A stretch of 64,000 bases of DNA from Saprospiraceae bacterium (GCA_020628095.1 JAHDFP010000011.1:72706-136705); one strand, 5' to 3'; shown: positions 16,969-27,189, counted from the first letter of the stretch. Notes: generated by a model from the sequence alone, not told the origin. Numbers and translations are program-made.

Positions 16969-18606
16969 ATGAAAGTAGCGATTGCTCAGCTTAATTATCT
17001 CATAGGAGATTTTGATGGTAATGTATCTAAGATTACAGAATATATAAACAAGGCTAAAGAGGCGAAAGCCGACATTGTCGTCTTTGGAGAATTAGCCATC
17101 TGCGGATATCCGCCAAGAGATTTTCTGGAGTTTTCTGATTTTATCGCGCAATCTGATCAGGCATTATCTAAGATAACTGAAGCGTCTCAGGGTATTGCAG
17201 TGGTGCTTGGTGCACCGACGGTCAATCCTGTAGTCGAAGGCAAAGACCTCTACAACTCTGTCTATTTTATATCAGATGGTGAGGTGAAGCATGTACAACA
17301 TAAGGCATTATTACCGACTTATGATGTATTCGATGAGAACAGATACTTTGAGCCAGCGACAGAGTTTAGTACGTTAGAGTACAAAGGATATAAGATAGCT
17401 CTCACGGTCTGTGAAGACATCTGGAATATAGGAAACGAAAATCCGCTTTACGTTACCTGCCCATTGGATATATTAATAGAAGAAAAACCTGATTTTGTTA
17501 TCAACGTCTCAGCATCTCCTTTTTCTTATAATCATGCTGAAGAAAGATTGGAAGTGCTCAAGGCGAATGTCGATAGATATAAGGTGCCATTCTTTTATAG
17601 TAATAATGTGGGCGCTCAGACTGAGTTGATATTTGATGGTGGTTCGGTCGTGATGTCTGCTAACGGGGCTATACATCGAGAGATGCCATACTTCACCGAG
17701 TGTATGGAAGTTTTTGATTTGGATGAAGTCATCAGAGGGGACACCCATCAGGAGCAACCTAAGGACGACATAGCCGAGATACACGATGCGATAATCTGTG
17801 GTATCAAAGACTATTTTGGCAAGTTAGGTTTCAAAAAAGCGATCCTCGGCTTATCAGGAGGCATAGACTCTGCCGTAACAGCGGTGATGGCGCAGCGTGC
17901 ATTGGGATCTGATAATGTCAGGGTCTTACTGATGCCTTCTCAGTTTTCTTCCGATCACTCTGTCAATGATGCGGAGGCACTGGCTATAAATCTCAATATC
18001 CAGTATGACATCATTAAGATCAAAGATGTTTTCGACGCTTTTATGGATAAGCTGGGTGGACACTTCGAAGGGCTAGATTTCAATGTGACTGAAGAGAATA
18101 TACAGGCTAGAGTAAGAGGGACTCTCCTCATGGCATTTTCTAATAAGTTCGGTAATATATTATTGAATACTTCTAATAAAAGTGAGATGGCAGTAGGCTA
18201 TGGTACTCTGTATGGAGATCTGGCTGGTGGTCTTTCTGTATTAGGTGATGTATACAAAACACAGGTCTACGCTCTGGCTAATTATATCAATAAGGATAGC
18301 GAAGTCATACCAAAAAACTCTATCACTAAGCCACCTTCTGCAGAACTAAGACCTAATCAAAAGGACTCCGATAGCTTGCCAGATTATGATATTCTGGATG
18401 AGATATTATTCGAGTATATAGAAAACAGAAAAGGACCTCAGGAAATAATAGATATGGGTCATGATCCTGCACTGGTCAAAAGAATACTAAGACTGGTCAA
18501 TATCAACGAGTTCAAAAGATATCAGACAGCACCCGTGCTGAGAGTGTCTTCTAAGGCTTTTGGAATGGGTAGAAGGATGCCTATTGTGGGTAAATACTTG
18601 TCTTAG
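16969..18606 (+). CDS. nadE: Glutamine-dependent NAD+ synthetase
   Basis: 545 aa. The N-terminal CN-hydrolase domain includes FGELAICGYP and CEDIW. The C-terminal synthetase domain carries the PP-loop GLSGGIDSAV. Confidence 0.92.
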   Translation: MKVAIAQLNYLIGDFDGNVSKITEYINKAKEAKADIVVFGELAICGYPPRDFLEFSDFIAQSDQALSKITEASQGIAVVLGAPTVNPVVEGKDLYNSVYFISDGEVKHVQHKALLPTYDVFDENRYFEPATEFSTLEYKGYKIALTVCEDIWNIGNENPLYVTCPLDILIEEKPDFVINVSASPFSYNHAEERLEVLKANVDRYKVPFFYSNNVGAQTELIFDGGSVVMSANGAIHREMPYFTECMEVFDLDEVIRGDTHQEQPKDDIAEIHDAIICGIKDYFGKLGFKKAILGLSGGIDSAVTAVMAQRALGSDNVRVLLMPSQFSSDHSVNDAEALAINLNIQYDIIKIKDVFDAFMDKLGGHFEGLDFNVTEENIQARVRGTLLMAFSNKFGNILLNTSNKSEMAVGYGTLYGDLAGGLSVLGDVYKTQVYALANYINKDSEVIPKNSITKPPSAELRPNQKDSDSLPDYDILDEILFEYIENRKGPQEIIDMGHDPALVKRILRLVNINEFKRYQTAPVLRVSSKAFGMGRRMPIVGKYLS

Positions 18607-18637
18607 ATGTATTAAAATAAACTAAGAACAGATTGTA

Positions 18638-19003
18638 ATGACGAATTATCAAATAACAGGTCTCACGATAGCCGTAACCAATATGGAATCTATGCTGGAC
18701 TTTTACACGCATATATTTGATATACAATTTGTGGAAAAAGAAATGTTCGGGGCAAGACTCTATTCTGGACAATGGGGCGGGATAGAACTGCTTTTTTGTC
18801 CAGCAGAAATTGCACAAAACACGGCCAAACAAAATAGACACCAATTTGACATTCTTGTTCCTGATTTGAAACAATTGATAAGTCAATCTCAAGAATATGG
18901 AGGCCAAGTCATAGGAGAACCTTTAGAAGACGAAGAGTCGATTAGAGTGGGAATCTATGATCCTGATCAAAATTCTATCGTGTTCAAACAATTGAAATCT
19001 TAG
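18638..19003 (+). CDS. VOC/glyoxalase-family protein
   Basis: 121-aa ORF with a glyoxalase/bleomycin-resistance-like beta-alpha-beta pattern (ITGLTIAVTNMESMLDFYTHIF ... GIYDPDQNSIVF). The family call is by pattern only. Confidence 0.55.
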   Translation: MTNYQITGLTIAVTNMESMLDFYTHIFDIQFVEKEMFGARLYSGQWGGIELLFCPAEIAQNTAKQNRHQFDILVPDLKQLISQSQEYGGQVIGEPLEDEESIRVGIYDPDQNSIVFKQLKS

Positions 19004-19068
19004 AACCATAACAGGTTGTTTTTTCCTTGTTCTTAACTCATCTGGATGATTTAGATAATTGATCTTTA

Positions 19069-19076
19069 TATTTTTG
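19069..19076 (+). promoter_or_regulatory. Candidate -7 promoter box TATTTTTG
   Basis: It matches TAnnTTTG, 16 nt upstream of the ATG at 19093. No well-spaced -33 TTG was seen. Confidence 0.3.
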
Positions 19077-19092
19077 ACTCAAAGAGTAAACC

Positions 19093-21426
19093 ATGTACAG
19101 AACTTTTATTTATTCTCTTCTCCTGAGCATTTTTGGCTTGATCGACTCTAACTTATGTGCAGAGCGTTTTAGTGGTTACTATAACTTTCAATATGTAGAA
19201 GAATCTGGCAAGATATTATTGGATGTGCCGGAGGAAAGAATAGGGGAGCCTTTCTTATATGTAACCTCTCTTGCGGCTGGAGTAGGGTCCAATGATCTTG
19301 GTTTGGATAGAGGACAGCTAGGAGATCAGAAAGTGGTGTATTGGTATAGAGCGGGTAACAAACTATTACTCATACAGGATAACCTGAAGTATCGAGCTAT
19401 CAGTGATAATAAAGCAGAACAAAAAGCCGTACACGAAGCCTTTGCCGAATCTGTCATCTATGGATTTGTGATTATTAATGCGATCGATGGTGGTCTACAA
19501 GTAGATATGACTAACTTTTTGATGAGGGATGCACATCACATATCTTCTAAGCTAAGAAAGCAAAAAGAAGGAGAATATAAGCTGGATAAAACACGCTCGA
19601 CTATTTATAAAGAAGGATTATTTTCTTTTCCTAACAATAGCGAATTTGAGTCTATTTTGACCTTTGTAGGATCTCCTAAAGGGAAACACATTAGATCCGT
19701 CAGTCCTGACCCTTACCTAGTGAGTACAAGACAGCATCATTCTTTCATTGCTTTGCCAGATGATGATTATGAGCCAAGAGTTTTTTATCCAGAATCCGGA
19801 TATTTCTATACTGAGTATTATGACTATGCGACACCTATAGAAGAGCCGTTAGTCAAAAAATTTATTAACAGACACCGACTCAAGAAAAAATATCCCGATC
19901 AAGAAACTAGCGAAGCTGTCGATCCCATTATCTATTATTTAGATCCAGGTTGTCCAGAACCTATTAAGTCAGCCCTCCTGGAAGGTGCCTCGTGGTGGAA
20001 TCAGGCTTTCGAGGCGGCGGGCTATATTGACGCTTTTCAGATAAGGGAATTACCAGAAGGCGCACATCCACTGGACGTAAGATATAATGTCATACAATGG
20101 GTACACCGCAGTACACGAGGCTGGTCTTATGGAGCCTCCATCAAAGACCCAAGAACAGGCGAAATCATAAAAGGCCACGTCAGTCTTGGGTCACTGCGAG
20201 TAAGGCAAGATTTCATGATTGCACAGGGTCTAATATCTAAGAGCGATAAAGTGTCCAGAGACCGTATGAAAGCAATGGCTCTGGATAGACTACGACAATT
20301 GTCTGCCCATGAGGTCGGACATACAATCGGACTGGCGCATAATTTTGCTGCATCCACGGATAATAGATCATCCGTTATGGATTACCCTCATCCTCTGATC
20401 ATGGCTGGGGAAGGTGGTGCATTAGACTTTAGTGATGCTTATGATCAGAAAATAGGAGAATGGGACAAACGAGCCATCATCTATGGATATAAAGAATTAG
20501 ACACAGAAAATGAAAAAGCAGAGTTACAGATGATGATGGAGAATAATCGACAAGATGGATTCCGCTACATCACAGACAAAGATGCAAGACCACTTGGAGG
20601 AATGCACCCTGATGCGCACCTCTGGGATAATGGTCGTGATATTATAGGAGAGTTGGATCGACTGATGACCCTAAGAGCTTACACTATGGAAAACCTAACT
20701 GGTGATGCCCTCATGGATGGCCAACCTTATTCAGAGCTAGAAAAGATTCTAGTCCCTGTCTATCTCATGCATCGTTACCAGATGGAGGGTGTATCCAAAA
20801 TGATAGGGGGTGTTAATTATTCTTATAGCCTGAAATCTGATAAGTCAGATCAAAAACAATGGACTGTAATAAATAAAGCATCACAGGAAAAGGCCCTTTC
20901 TGCCATGTTGAATTGCCTAAAAGTGGAAAACCTCACGATACCTCAGCGGTTGCTTGACCAAATACCTCCACCAGCTTATGGATATGCCAGAGATAGAGAA
21001 ACCTTCAAGGGGAATACAGGCGAAATGTTTGATCCTATGGCGGTCATGGAAGCCACCGCTAATCAAGTTATGTCCATGTTATTGCATCCTCAGAGACTGA
21101 CTAGAATAGATCAGCAATCTCTTTGGTCTGTCAAAGAATATCTCGGTGAGGTCAAAAATTTCTTAGACCAGCAAAAAGCTAAGGATGATAAGATCGGAAC
21201 ATTGCTTTACAGCTTATTTCTAAACCAACTTATCAAGCTTTCGGGAGATGAAGGAACATCTAACCTGATCTCCTTAGAGGTCAATAGCTTCCTTCTACAA
21301 CTGACTGGCAAGATATCGGATTTCGATATCCAACTACTATTACAGAAATTTTTAGATAACCCTAAAGATTATCAGATACCTAATATGCCCAAGCTGCCAC
21401 CGGGCTCACCCATAGGTTGTTATTAA
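19093..21426 (+). CDS. Secreted zinc-dependent metalloprotease (DUF5117/DUF4953-type)
   Basis: 777 aa with a signal peptide and the zincin motif HEVGHTIGLAHNF followed by SVMDYP. Size and layout resemble the large Bacteroidota zinc metalloprotease family. Confidence 0.8.
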   Translation: MYRTFIYSLLLSIFGLIDSNLCAERFSGYYNFQYVEESGKILLDVPEERIGEPFLYVTSLAAGVGSNDLGLDRGQLGDQKVVYWYRAGNKLLLIQDNLKYRAISDNKAEQKAVHEAFAESVIYGFVIINAIDGGLQVDMTNFLMRDAHHISSKLRKQKEGEYKLDKTRSTIYKEGLFSFPNNSEFESILTFVGSPKGKHIRSVSPDPYLVSTRQHHSFIALPDDDYEPRVFYPESGYFYTEYYDYATPIEEPLVKKFINRHRLKKKYPDQETSEAVDPIIYYLDPGCPEPIKSALLEGASWWNQAFEAAGYIDAFQIRELPEGAHPLDVRYNVIQWVHRSTRGWSYGASIKDPRTGEIIKGHVSLGSLRVRQDFMIAQGLISKSDKVSRDRMKAMALDRLRQLSAHEVGHTIGLAHNFAASTDNRSSVMDYPHPLIMAGEGGALDFSDAYDQKIGEWDKRAIIYGYKELDTENEKAELQMMMENNRQDGFRYITDKDARPLGGMHPDAHLWDNGRDIIGELDRLMTLRAYTMENLTGDALMDGQPYSELEKILVPVYLMHRYQMEGVSKMIGGVNYSYSLKSDKSDQKQWTVINKASQEKALSAMLNCLKVENLTIPQRLLDQIPPPAYGYARDRETFKGNTGEMFDPMAVMEATANQVMSMLLHPQRLTRIDQQSLWSVKEYLGEVKNFLDQQKAKDDKIGTLLYSLFLNQLIKLSGDEGTSNLISLEVNSFLLQLTGKISDFDIQLLLQKFLDNPKDYQIPNMPKLPPGSPIGCY

Positions 21427-21629
21427 GCAATCGTCTAATAATGAGTTAGTTATATATAGTTAAAAAAATTATAATATATTTTTTAACCTTAACGTGTATA
21501 AAAAATATAATATTGTTGAATATCCTTTTGGAAATAGGTTATGTCGCGAAAATCGAAAAGATCAATACTTATAGATTTCCATAATTAATATTCTAAATAA
21601 TTATTTCATAACTAACTTAAACAATCGAA

Positions 21630-21896
21630 ATGGATTTAACATCAATTTTAATTTGGGTAGTCGTGGGTGCTGTTGCAGGATTCATAGCTAACTACATTAA
21701 ACCAAATGGATTTGGAACACTCGGCACAATTATCTCGGGTATCATTGGTTCTTTTTTAGGAGGCTATTTAGGGCAAACGTTACTTGGTGTAGGAGCAGAT
21801 GCAGATGCTGGATTTAACATCACAACTGTACTTACGGCAGTCGTAGGTGCTTTGATATTCAGTTTCATTTTGGGATTTGTCAAAAGCAAAACTTAG
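21630..21896 (+). CDS. GlsB/YeaQ/YmgE-family small membrane protein
   Basis: 88 aa with three glycine-rich TM helices (GAVAGFIA, GIIGSFLGGYLG), typical of the transglycosylase-associated family. Confidence 0.8.
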   Translation: MDLTSILIWVVVGAVAGFIANYIKPNGFGTLGTIISGIIGSFLGGYLGQTLLGVGADADAGFNITTVLTAVVGALIFSFILGFVKSKT

Positions 21897-21905
21897 AAAT
21901 AAAAA

Positions 21906-21949
21906 AGGAGGAGCATTCTCCAGAATGCCTCTCCTAATTTTTTCTTTTT
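21906..21949. terminator. Bidirectional intrinsic terminator
   Basis: AGGAGGAGCATTC (21906-21918) pairs with GAATGCCTCTCCT (21923-21935) around a 4-nt loop, with one mismatch and one G-U pair. An A-run lies upstream and TTTTTTCTTTTT downstream. It sits between convergent genes. Confidence 0.65.
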
Positions 21950-21957
21950 GCGTAAAC

Positions 21958-24426
21958 CTATTCTAATTTTGCCGCAGATAATTTCTGATTACCACTTATC
22001 CAATAAGGATACCATACTAATAATATTTTATCTACTTTAACATCAGCACGTCGAGGTTTGATTTCGGTTATAGATATGTCCTGAGATAAGTCCTGGTACT
22101 TATCTTTTATTTCTCTTGTTTTTTCTACTAACTCATTTTCCATCTGATCTTTATCAAATTCTAATTCTCTCAGTTCTTCCTTGCTCTCTTCGATTCTTTC
22201 AGATGCTCTTCGTGACATGCGCCTTTTGGATGTCACAGAACTAAATGAGCGACGGCTACGCCTACCACCGAATACTGCACTGAATACGGTAGACGCTACA
22301 TTGATTAATTCGTCATTCCGCCGATCTTGCTTTTCAGCCTCTGCCTCATCCAGATCCCTTTGTTCTTTTCTGATTTTGTCAGCGATTTTTTCTATCTTCT
22401 TTTCATATCTTTCTTGCAGTTTATCTATTTCTTCATCCGCTAATTCTCTTATGGTATGATCTATTCGAGATGCAAACGATCCTTCGTCTTCGTTAATGCC
22501 TCTTGTTATTTTAAGTTTGGCATGTTCTTTTACCTCATATCTTTTCTCATCGTATATCCAATCCGAAAATTCTTTCTGTACTGTCTTGAGTTCTTTAGCG
22601 GTATTCATCGAGTCAGGCACATCACCGAATCTGACTTCCACACTTTTTGGATGATCTGGTTTATTTAGAACCTTTTTCCAATTATTAATGGAGATCGCCT
22701 CCGACCAGTTAATACGACCAAATTCGTCAGGGGCGTGAGTAAGTACTGCAATGTCGTTGACTATATCGACTTTTCTCTTATCATCATTAAAGCGCACTTT
22801 ACCTATGGCAAGCACATGTGGTTCGTATACAATACTATTTTCTGCACTGACAGTAAGCCCGACTTCTGGCGGTGCCTTATATACTGCGAAATATTTTTGC
22901 TCTATAGCTGGATCTATAGAAGGGGGTATTGCAGAATTATTTGTATTCGCCATCTGTGTTGCGTTCGTATTTGTAACGGACGCATTCATTGCTATTACGG
23001 GAGTGGCCTGTTTTTTTGCAGCCATCAGTGACTTGATCTGAGGTCTTGTCATAGGACCACTCAGATAGGACATGACCCATCGTGTATTGAAAAGTATAGG
23101 GCCCTCATCATGTACATTATGCAGTAAAAACTTTCGGGACTGTAAGGAAGAAATTAATGTATCAAAGTCCAGTTCAGCAGACTTTCCAGCCTCGGCTATA
23201 GCACCTTTGAGTCCTTCTAAGACGCGCGCTTTATCTCTTTCTGTCTGAAGTTTTCCTATAAACCATGTACCCGCATTGGACAGTCCTTTGTAATCTATGT
23301 CCACAGGGTTCTGAGTAACGAGGACTGCGCCTAGACCAAAAGCTCTAGCTTGCTTGAGTATCGTTAGGAGTGGTTTTTTGGATGGAGGATTAGCTGTCGG
23401 AGGGAAGTAGCCAAATATTTCGTCAAAGTATAAAAGACTGCGTAAGCTGGATGTTCCAGACTGCCTGCGCATCCATGTGACCAGATTATTCAAAAGTAAG
23501 GTCACAAAAAACATACGCTCAGAATCCGATAGGTGTGCAATGTAGAATATGCTGTGTCTCGGTTTTCCATCTGATGTAAAATACATCTTGGTTATATCTA
23601 GGTCATCGCCGATAAGCCAATTGCGGAAAGAAGGCGACGCAATGAGTGTATTAAAATCCATGGCTAGATTAAATCTATCCTTCTGTGGATAAAAGGTTTC
23701 TACATCGAAGACGCCAAGTTGTGACATGGGAGGTGCTTGGATGCCTTTTATTAGTTTGGGCAAGTCTAAGTCTTCGTCTTTGGACCAATAATGCTCGAAT
23801 AGATTAGATAATAAAATGCCTTCTCTACTTCTGACGGGGTCTTCTTTATTACCGATCATACCGAGTAGAGCTGCCACAGTACCTTGTATTCGCTCACGTA
23901 TAGATTCTGCTTGTGCTTCGAAGTCTGGTCCTGGTGATGTGAACGATCCCATAATATTGACTGGAATACCCGCAGTAGACCCTGGAGTATAAATCGTGAA
24001 ATCCGTGGTCTCTTTTAGTTTCTTAATACGATCCGCTGACTGACCCCACTCGGCAAGTCCATTTTTCCATTTCTCTGCAGTAGCCTTGCCGTGCTCGTCT
24101 AAGCTAATTCCCTTTCTTGCGGCATCATCAGGACTGACCCAAGGCTTGAATTCTTCTGCACTAAGATTATCAAATTGCAATAACAGATTGGTCATGTCAC
24201 CTTTAGGATCAATAATTAAGGCGGGGACTTTATCCATAGCCGCTTCTTCCAGCAATCCGATGCAAAGTCCAGTCTTCCCACTACCGGTCATACCCACGCA
24301 GACTGCGTGTGTCGTCAGATCTCTGGCATCATAGTTTACAGGAATATCAGTGACCTCATTAGTATCATTATCATACTCAGCACCTAAGTAAAAAGAACCT
24401 AAAATTTCTGGTGGTAAATTAACCAT
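21958..24426 (-). CDS. HerA/YjgR-like (DUF87/DUF853-type) P-loop ATPase with a long uncharacterised, coiled-coil C-terminal half
   Basis: 822 aa. Walker A is VGMTGSGKTG, followed by IIDPKGDMTNLL as in YjgR-type ATPases. Walker B is LLYFDEIFGYF. After ~aa 470 come an N/T-rich linker, a ~200-aa domain, E/K/R-rich coiled coil and an RRSRRS basic patch. Confidence 0.75.
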   Translation of the reverse strand: MVNLPPEILGSFYLGAEYDNDTNEVTDIPVNYDARDLTTHAVCVGMTGSGKTGLCIGLLEEAAMDKVPALIIDPKGDMTNLLLQFDNLSAEEFKPWVSPDDAARKGISLDEHGKATAEKWKNGLAEWGQSADRIKKLKETTDFTIYTPGSTAGIPVNIMGSFTSPGPDFEAQAESIRERIQGTVAALLGMIGNKEDPVRSREGILLSNLFEHYWSKDEDLDLPKLIKGIQAPPMSQLGVFDVETFYPQKDRFNLAMDFNTLIASPSFRNWLIGDDLDITKMYFTSDGKPRHSIFYIAHLSDSERMFFVTLLLNNLVTWMRRQSGTSSLRSLLYFDEIFGYFPPTANPPSKKPLLTILKQARAFGLGAVLVTQNPVDIDYKGLSNAGTWFIGKLQTERDKARVLEGLKGAIAEAGKSAELDFDTLISSLQSRKFLLHNVHDEGPILFNTRWVMSYLSGPMTRPQIKSLMAAKKQATPVIAMNASVTNTNATQMANTNNSAIPPSIDPAIEQKYFAVYKAPPEVGLTVSAENSIVYEPHVLAIGKVRFNDDKRKVDIVNDIAVLTHAPDEFGRINWSEAISINNWKKVLNKPDHPKSVEVRFGDVPDSMNTAKELKTVQKEFSDWIYDEKRYEVKEHAKLKITRGINEDEGSFASRIDHTIRELADEEIDKLQERYEKKIEKIADKIRKEQRDLDEAEAEKQDRRNDELINVASTVFSAVFGGRRSRRSFSSVTSKRRMSRRASERIEESKEELRELEFDKDQMENELVEKTREIKDKYQDLSQDISITEIKPRRADVKVDKILLVWYPYWISGNQKLSAAKLE

Positions 24427-24477
24427 GACGATTTTGTGTTTTTTATTAGTTATGGAATCCTATGGAAGTCGTCCGTG

Positions 24478-25053
24478 TTACTGATCAGACAGTATTGTAT
24501 TTTCTATGATTTTTGGGAAATATTGGTGTTCCAGAGTTTGGACTTTTTTAGCAATGATATCTGGCGTATCACACACATCTAAGGTAATTGATTTTTGGAA
24601 AATTACTTGTCCCTCATCATAGGCTTCGTTGACATAATGTATCGTAATGCCTGATTCGGCTTCCATATTATCAAAGACACTTTGATGGACATGTTTGCCA
24701 TACATGCCTTTACCTCCATACTTCGGCAATAGTGAAGGGTGGATGTTTATTATTTTATTCTTGTAATTTTCTATAAGGCTAATTGGAATCAGCCAAAGAA
24801 ATCCTGCCAGCACTATCCAATGGACTTCTGATTTTTCTAATATATCAGTGACATTAGATGAGTTATAAAAATCTTCTCGGCTAAATACCTGAGAGGTGAT
24901 ATTGTGCTTTTCGGCACGCTCTAATACGTAGGCATTCTTTTTATTGGATAAAATAACTTTGACGGTAATATCTGGATGACCTTCGAAATGTTGTATAATC
25001 TTTTCTGCATTGGAGCCACTACCCGATGCAAATACTGCAATGTTAATCTTCAA
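24478..25053 (-). CDS. purN: Phosphoribosylglycinamide formyltransferase
   Basis: 191 aa with FASGSGSNAEKI, NIHPSLLPKYGG and an HxV..E.D.G pattern. Confidence 0.9.
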   Translation of the reverse strand: MKINIAVFASGSGSNAEKIIQHFEGHPDITVKVILSNKKNAYVLERAEKHNITSQVFSREDFYNSSNVTDILEKSEVHWIVLAGFLWLIPISLIENYKNKIINIHPSLLPKYGGKGMYGKHVHQSVFDNMEAESGITIHYVNEAYDEGQVIFQKSITLDVCDTPDIIAKKVQTLEHQYFPKIIENTILSDQ

Positions 25054-25059
25054 GATAGA

Positions 25060-25962
25060 TTATCTGAGGGCGTTGTATTCTGAAGACTGGGCAGGATCTA
25101 TTTTTACCATAATGTCATAGACCTTATTCTGCTGACCCTTACTTGATCCTTTGAATATTTCCACGATCTCCTTTCGCTTGCTATCAGCAAACATTTGTAC
25201 CGCAGAAGAATTAGGATAGGATGCATGTACCTGTTGTATGGTGCTAAGGCTACTGACCATGATGGCTTTGGACTTATCTATATCTTCCGACATCTTATCG
25301 AGGCTTTGGATATAGTATTCGTATAATGCCTGCCGCATTGGTCTTACACGTGGATTCATCATATTCTCTACCATCCAATATTTGTTACGACGGTTGCCTA
25401 GCGCACCCCAGTCTCTTGGGGCATTAGGTGTATTAGCTGGTATGCCGTTGACTATATTCTGAGCTATAGTAAAATATGGGTCACCACCGAGCGACGAGAA
25501 AGTATCATAGTCATAAGCAATAATCATATAAGCATAATAGGTCAGTACAGACGAAAGAGGGTCAAAGTAATTTTGCGTACTATTTTCTATCGGTTGGTTT
25601 TCTATGTAAGAAAATCTCACTCCATTATCCACAAGATTAAGTACCTGTGTCTTATAGGTACTCTTAAAGACAGGTCTGATCGTCTGTACAAAGATATCTG
25701 CGACAAAGGTGCTACCATTGATATCCTCAGTAATTGTCACGTTGACATTACCTTCTATTTTTTCAAAATCCTCAAATTCGTCCTCTGTCCATTTAGTCTG
25801 ATTAAGGAATTCTGAGATTTGATTTTCCAGAGATTCAAAGACCTTCGGGTCAGTACTTACTATACGGGGTGCTTTGACCTGTACATCTATGTTGAGTTCC
25901 TGAGCAAAGGATCGAAAAGAAATAATGCTGATTATCGCTAAGAAAATCCCCTTTTTAATCAT
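25060..25962 (-). CDS. DUF4835-family protein (PorD-type, T9SS-associated)
   Basis: 300 aa with a signal peptide. The sequence and its position directly downstream of coaBC match what I recall for the DUF4835 family. The PorD naming is from memory. Confidence 0.55.
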   Translation of the reverse strand: MIKKGIFLAIISIISFRSFAQELNIDVQVKAPRIVSTDPKVFESLENQISEFLNQTKWTEDEFEDFEKIEGNVNVTITEDINGSTFVADIFVQTIRPVFKSTYKTQVLNLVDNGVRFSYIENQPIENSTQNYFDPLSSVLTYYAYMIIAYDYDTFSSLGGDPYFTIAQNIVNGIPANTPNAPRDWGALGNRRNKYWMVENMMNPRVRPMRQALYEYYIQSLDKMSEDIDKSKAIMVSSLSTIQQVHASYPNSSAVQMFADSKRKEIVEIFKGSSKGQQNKVYDIMVKIDPAQSSEYNALR

Positions 25963-25976
25963 CTGGACTTTGTATT

Positions 25977-27173
25977 TTAAGTATTAACGTACTTTTTTAC
26001 AATTGTATTGATAATATCCTCTGCAACTTCCTTTTTTGATTTGAGCTCGAAGTCCAGTTTTTCATTATCATTTGTAAAAATCGTGATTTTATTGGTATCA
26101 ACTTGAAAACCGGCACCCTTATCTCTCAAGGAGTTAAGGACAATGAAATCAAAGTTCTTCTTATCCAGTTTTTTGCGGGCATACTCACTTTCATTAGTGG
26201 ACTCTAGGGCAAATCCGATGTGTATCTGGTGATCTTTTTTTCTATCGCCCAAGGTTTTAGCGATATCACGGGTTTTTTCTAGCTCTATGGTTAGCGTGGT
26301 ATCCTTCTTTTTGATCTTCTCCTTACTTACCGTTATCGGTCTATAATCAGCCACAGCTGCAGCGAATATGGATATGTCCGAATCCTCATGATAAGAAGAA
26401 GCCTTGTTATACATTTCTTCCCCAGATTTGATCCTATCTACTTGTATAGTTGGATGTGACACTTGCAATGCGCTTGGACCTAATATGAGCTTGACATGAG
26501 CACCTCTTGATGCGGCTGCCATAGCTATTGCGACACCCATCTTACCAGAGCTGTGATTACCTATAAATCTTACAGGGTCTATGGCCTCATAAGTAGGCCC
26601 AGCAGTGATTAATACTTTTTTCCCCTTAAGGTCTTCTCTCTGAAAAAAAAAATTCTCCAATTGGCTGACAATATCATCAGGCTCTGCCATCCTTCCTTTG
26701 CCTATAAGGCCACTTGCGAGCTCTCCGTCGGCGACATCGATGATTTTGTTTTGGTATGATTTGAGTGTGTTGATATTGTTTTGGGTAGCGGGGTGTAACC
26801 ACATGTCTCTGTCCATAGCAGGAGCCACGTATACAGGACACTTAGCCGAAAGATACACGGCTGTCACCATATTATCACTCATCCCTGTCGCCATCTTAGC
26901 GATTGTAGATGCTGTAGCGGGTGCTACTATCATCAGGTCCGCCCATAACCCCAGATCGACGTGATTATTCCATGATGTGCCATCAGTGACATCAGAGTGT
27001 ACGTCATGCTTAGATAGAGTGGATAATGTGAGGGGTGATATGAATGCCTTGGCATTTTCTGTCATTATAACTTTGACAGAACCACCTTTTTTGATAATTG
27101 CTCGGACAAGATAGGCCGCCTTATAAGCTGCAATGCTTCCTGTGACGGCCAATAATATTTTTTTACCCTCCAA
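25977..27173 (-). CDS. coaBC: Bifunctional phosphopantothenoylcysteine decarboxylase / phosphopantothenate-cysteine ligase
   Basis: 398 aa. The flavoprotein half has GSIAAYKA and PAMDRDMW. The ligase half has ITAGPTYEAIDPVRFIGNHSSGKMG and AAAVADYRP. Confidence 0.93.
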   Translation of the reverse strand: MEGKKILLAVTGSIAAYKAAYLVRAIIKKGGSVKVIMTENAKAFISPLTLSTLSKHDVHSDVTDGTSWNNHVDLGLWADLMIVAPATASTIAKMATGMSDNMVTAVYLSAKCPVYVAPAMDRDMWLHPATQNNINTLKSYQNKIIDVADGELASGLIGKGRMAEPDDIVSQLENFFFQREDLKGKKVLITAGPTYEAIDPVRFIGNHSSGKMGVAIAMAAASRGAHVKLILGPSALQVSHPTIQVDRIKSGEEMYNKASSYHEDSDISIFAAAVADYRPITVSKEKIKKKDTTLTIELEKTRDIAKTLGDRKKDHQIHIGFALESTNESEYARKKLDKKNFDFIVLNSLRDKGAGFQVDTNKITIFTNDNEKLDFELKSKKEVAEDIINTIVKKYVNT

Positions 27174-27189
27174 ATTTTGGGATAGAAGA

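Noticed and set aside
18581-18907. 108-aa ORF antisense to the VOC-family gene and the nadE 3' end
   Set aside because: It overlaps two better-supported genes and has no recognisable domain, so it is a likely artefact.
21471-21513. AT-only imperfect inverted repeat (ATAATATATTTTTTA / TAAAAAATATAATAT) after the metalloprotease gene
   Set aside because: It has 13/15 pairing made entirely of A-T pairs in a region that is nearly pure A/T, so it carries too little information to call a terminator or operator.
22181-23041. Cluster of 70-98-aa antisense ORFs inside the HerA-like ATPase gene, considered as a hidden partner gene
   Set aside because: They are short, overlapping, cysteine/serine-rich junk translations with no motif, and the sense-strand ATPase frame is continuous and well supported.
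26643-26652. T10 run (sense strand) in coaBC, exactly at the CoaC/CoaB domain linker (ENFFFQRE), as a possible second slippage site
   Set aside because: No biology is known for a split CoaBC product made by slippage. I keep it as a control showing that 10-nt homopolymers at domain junctions occur by chance here, which tempers the dnaX finding.
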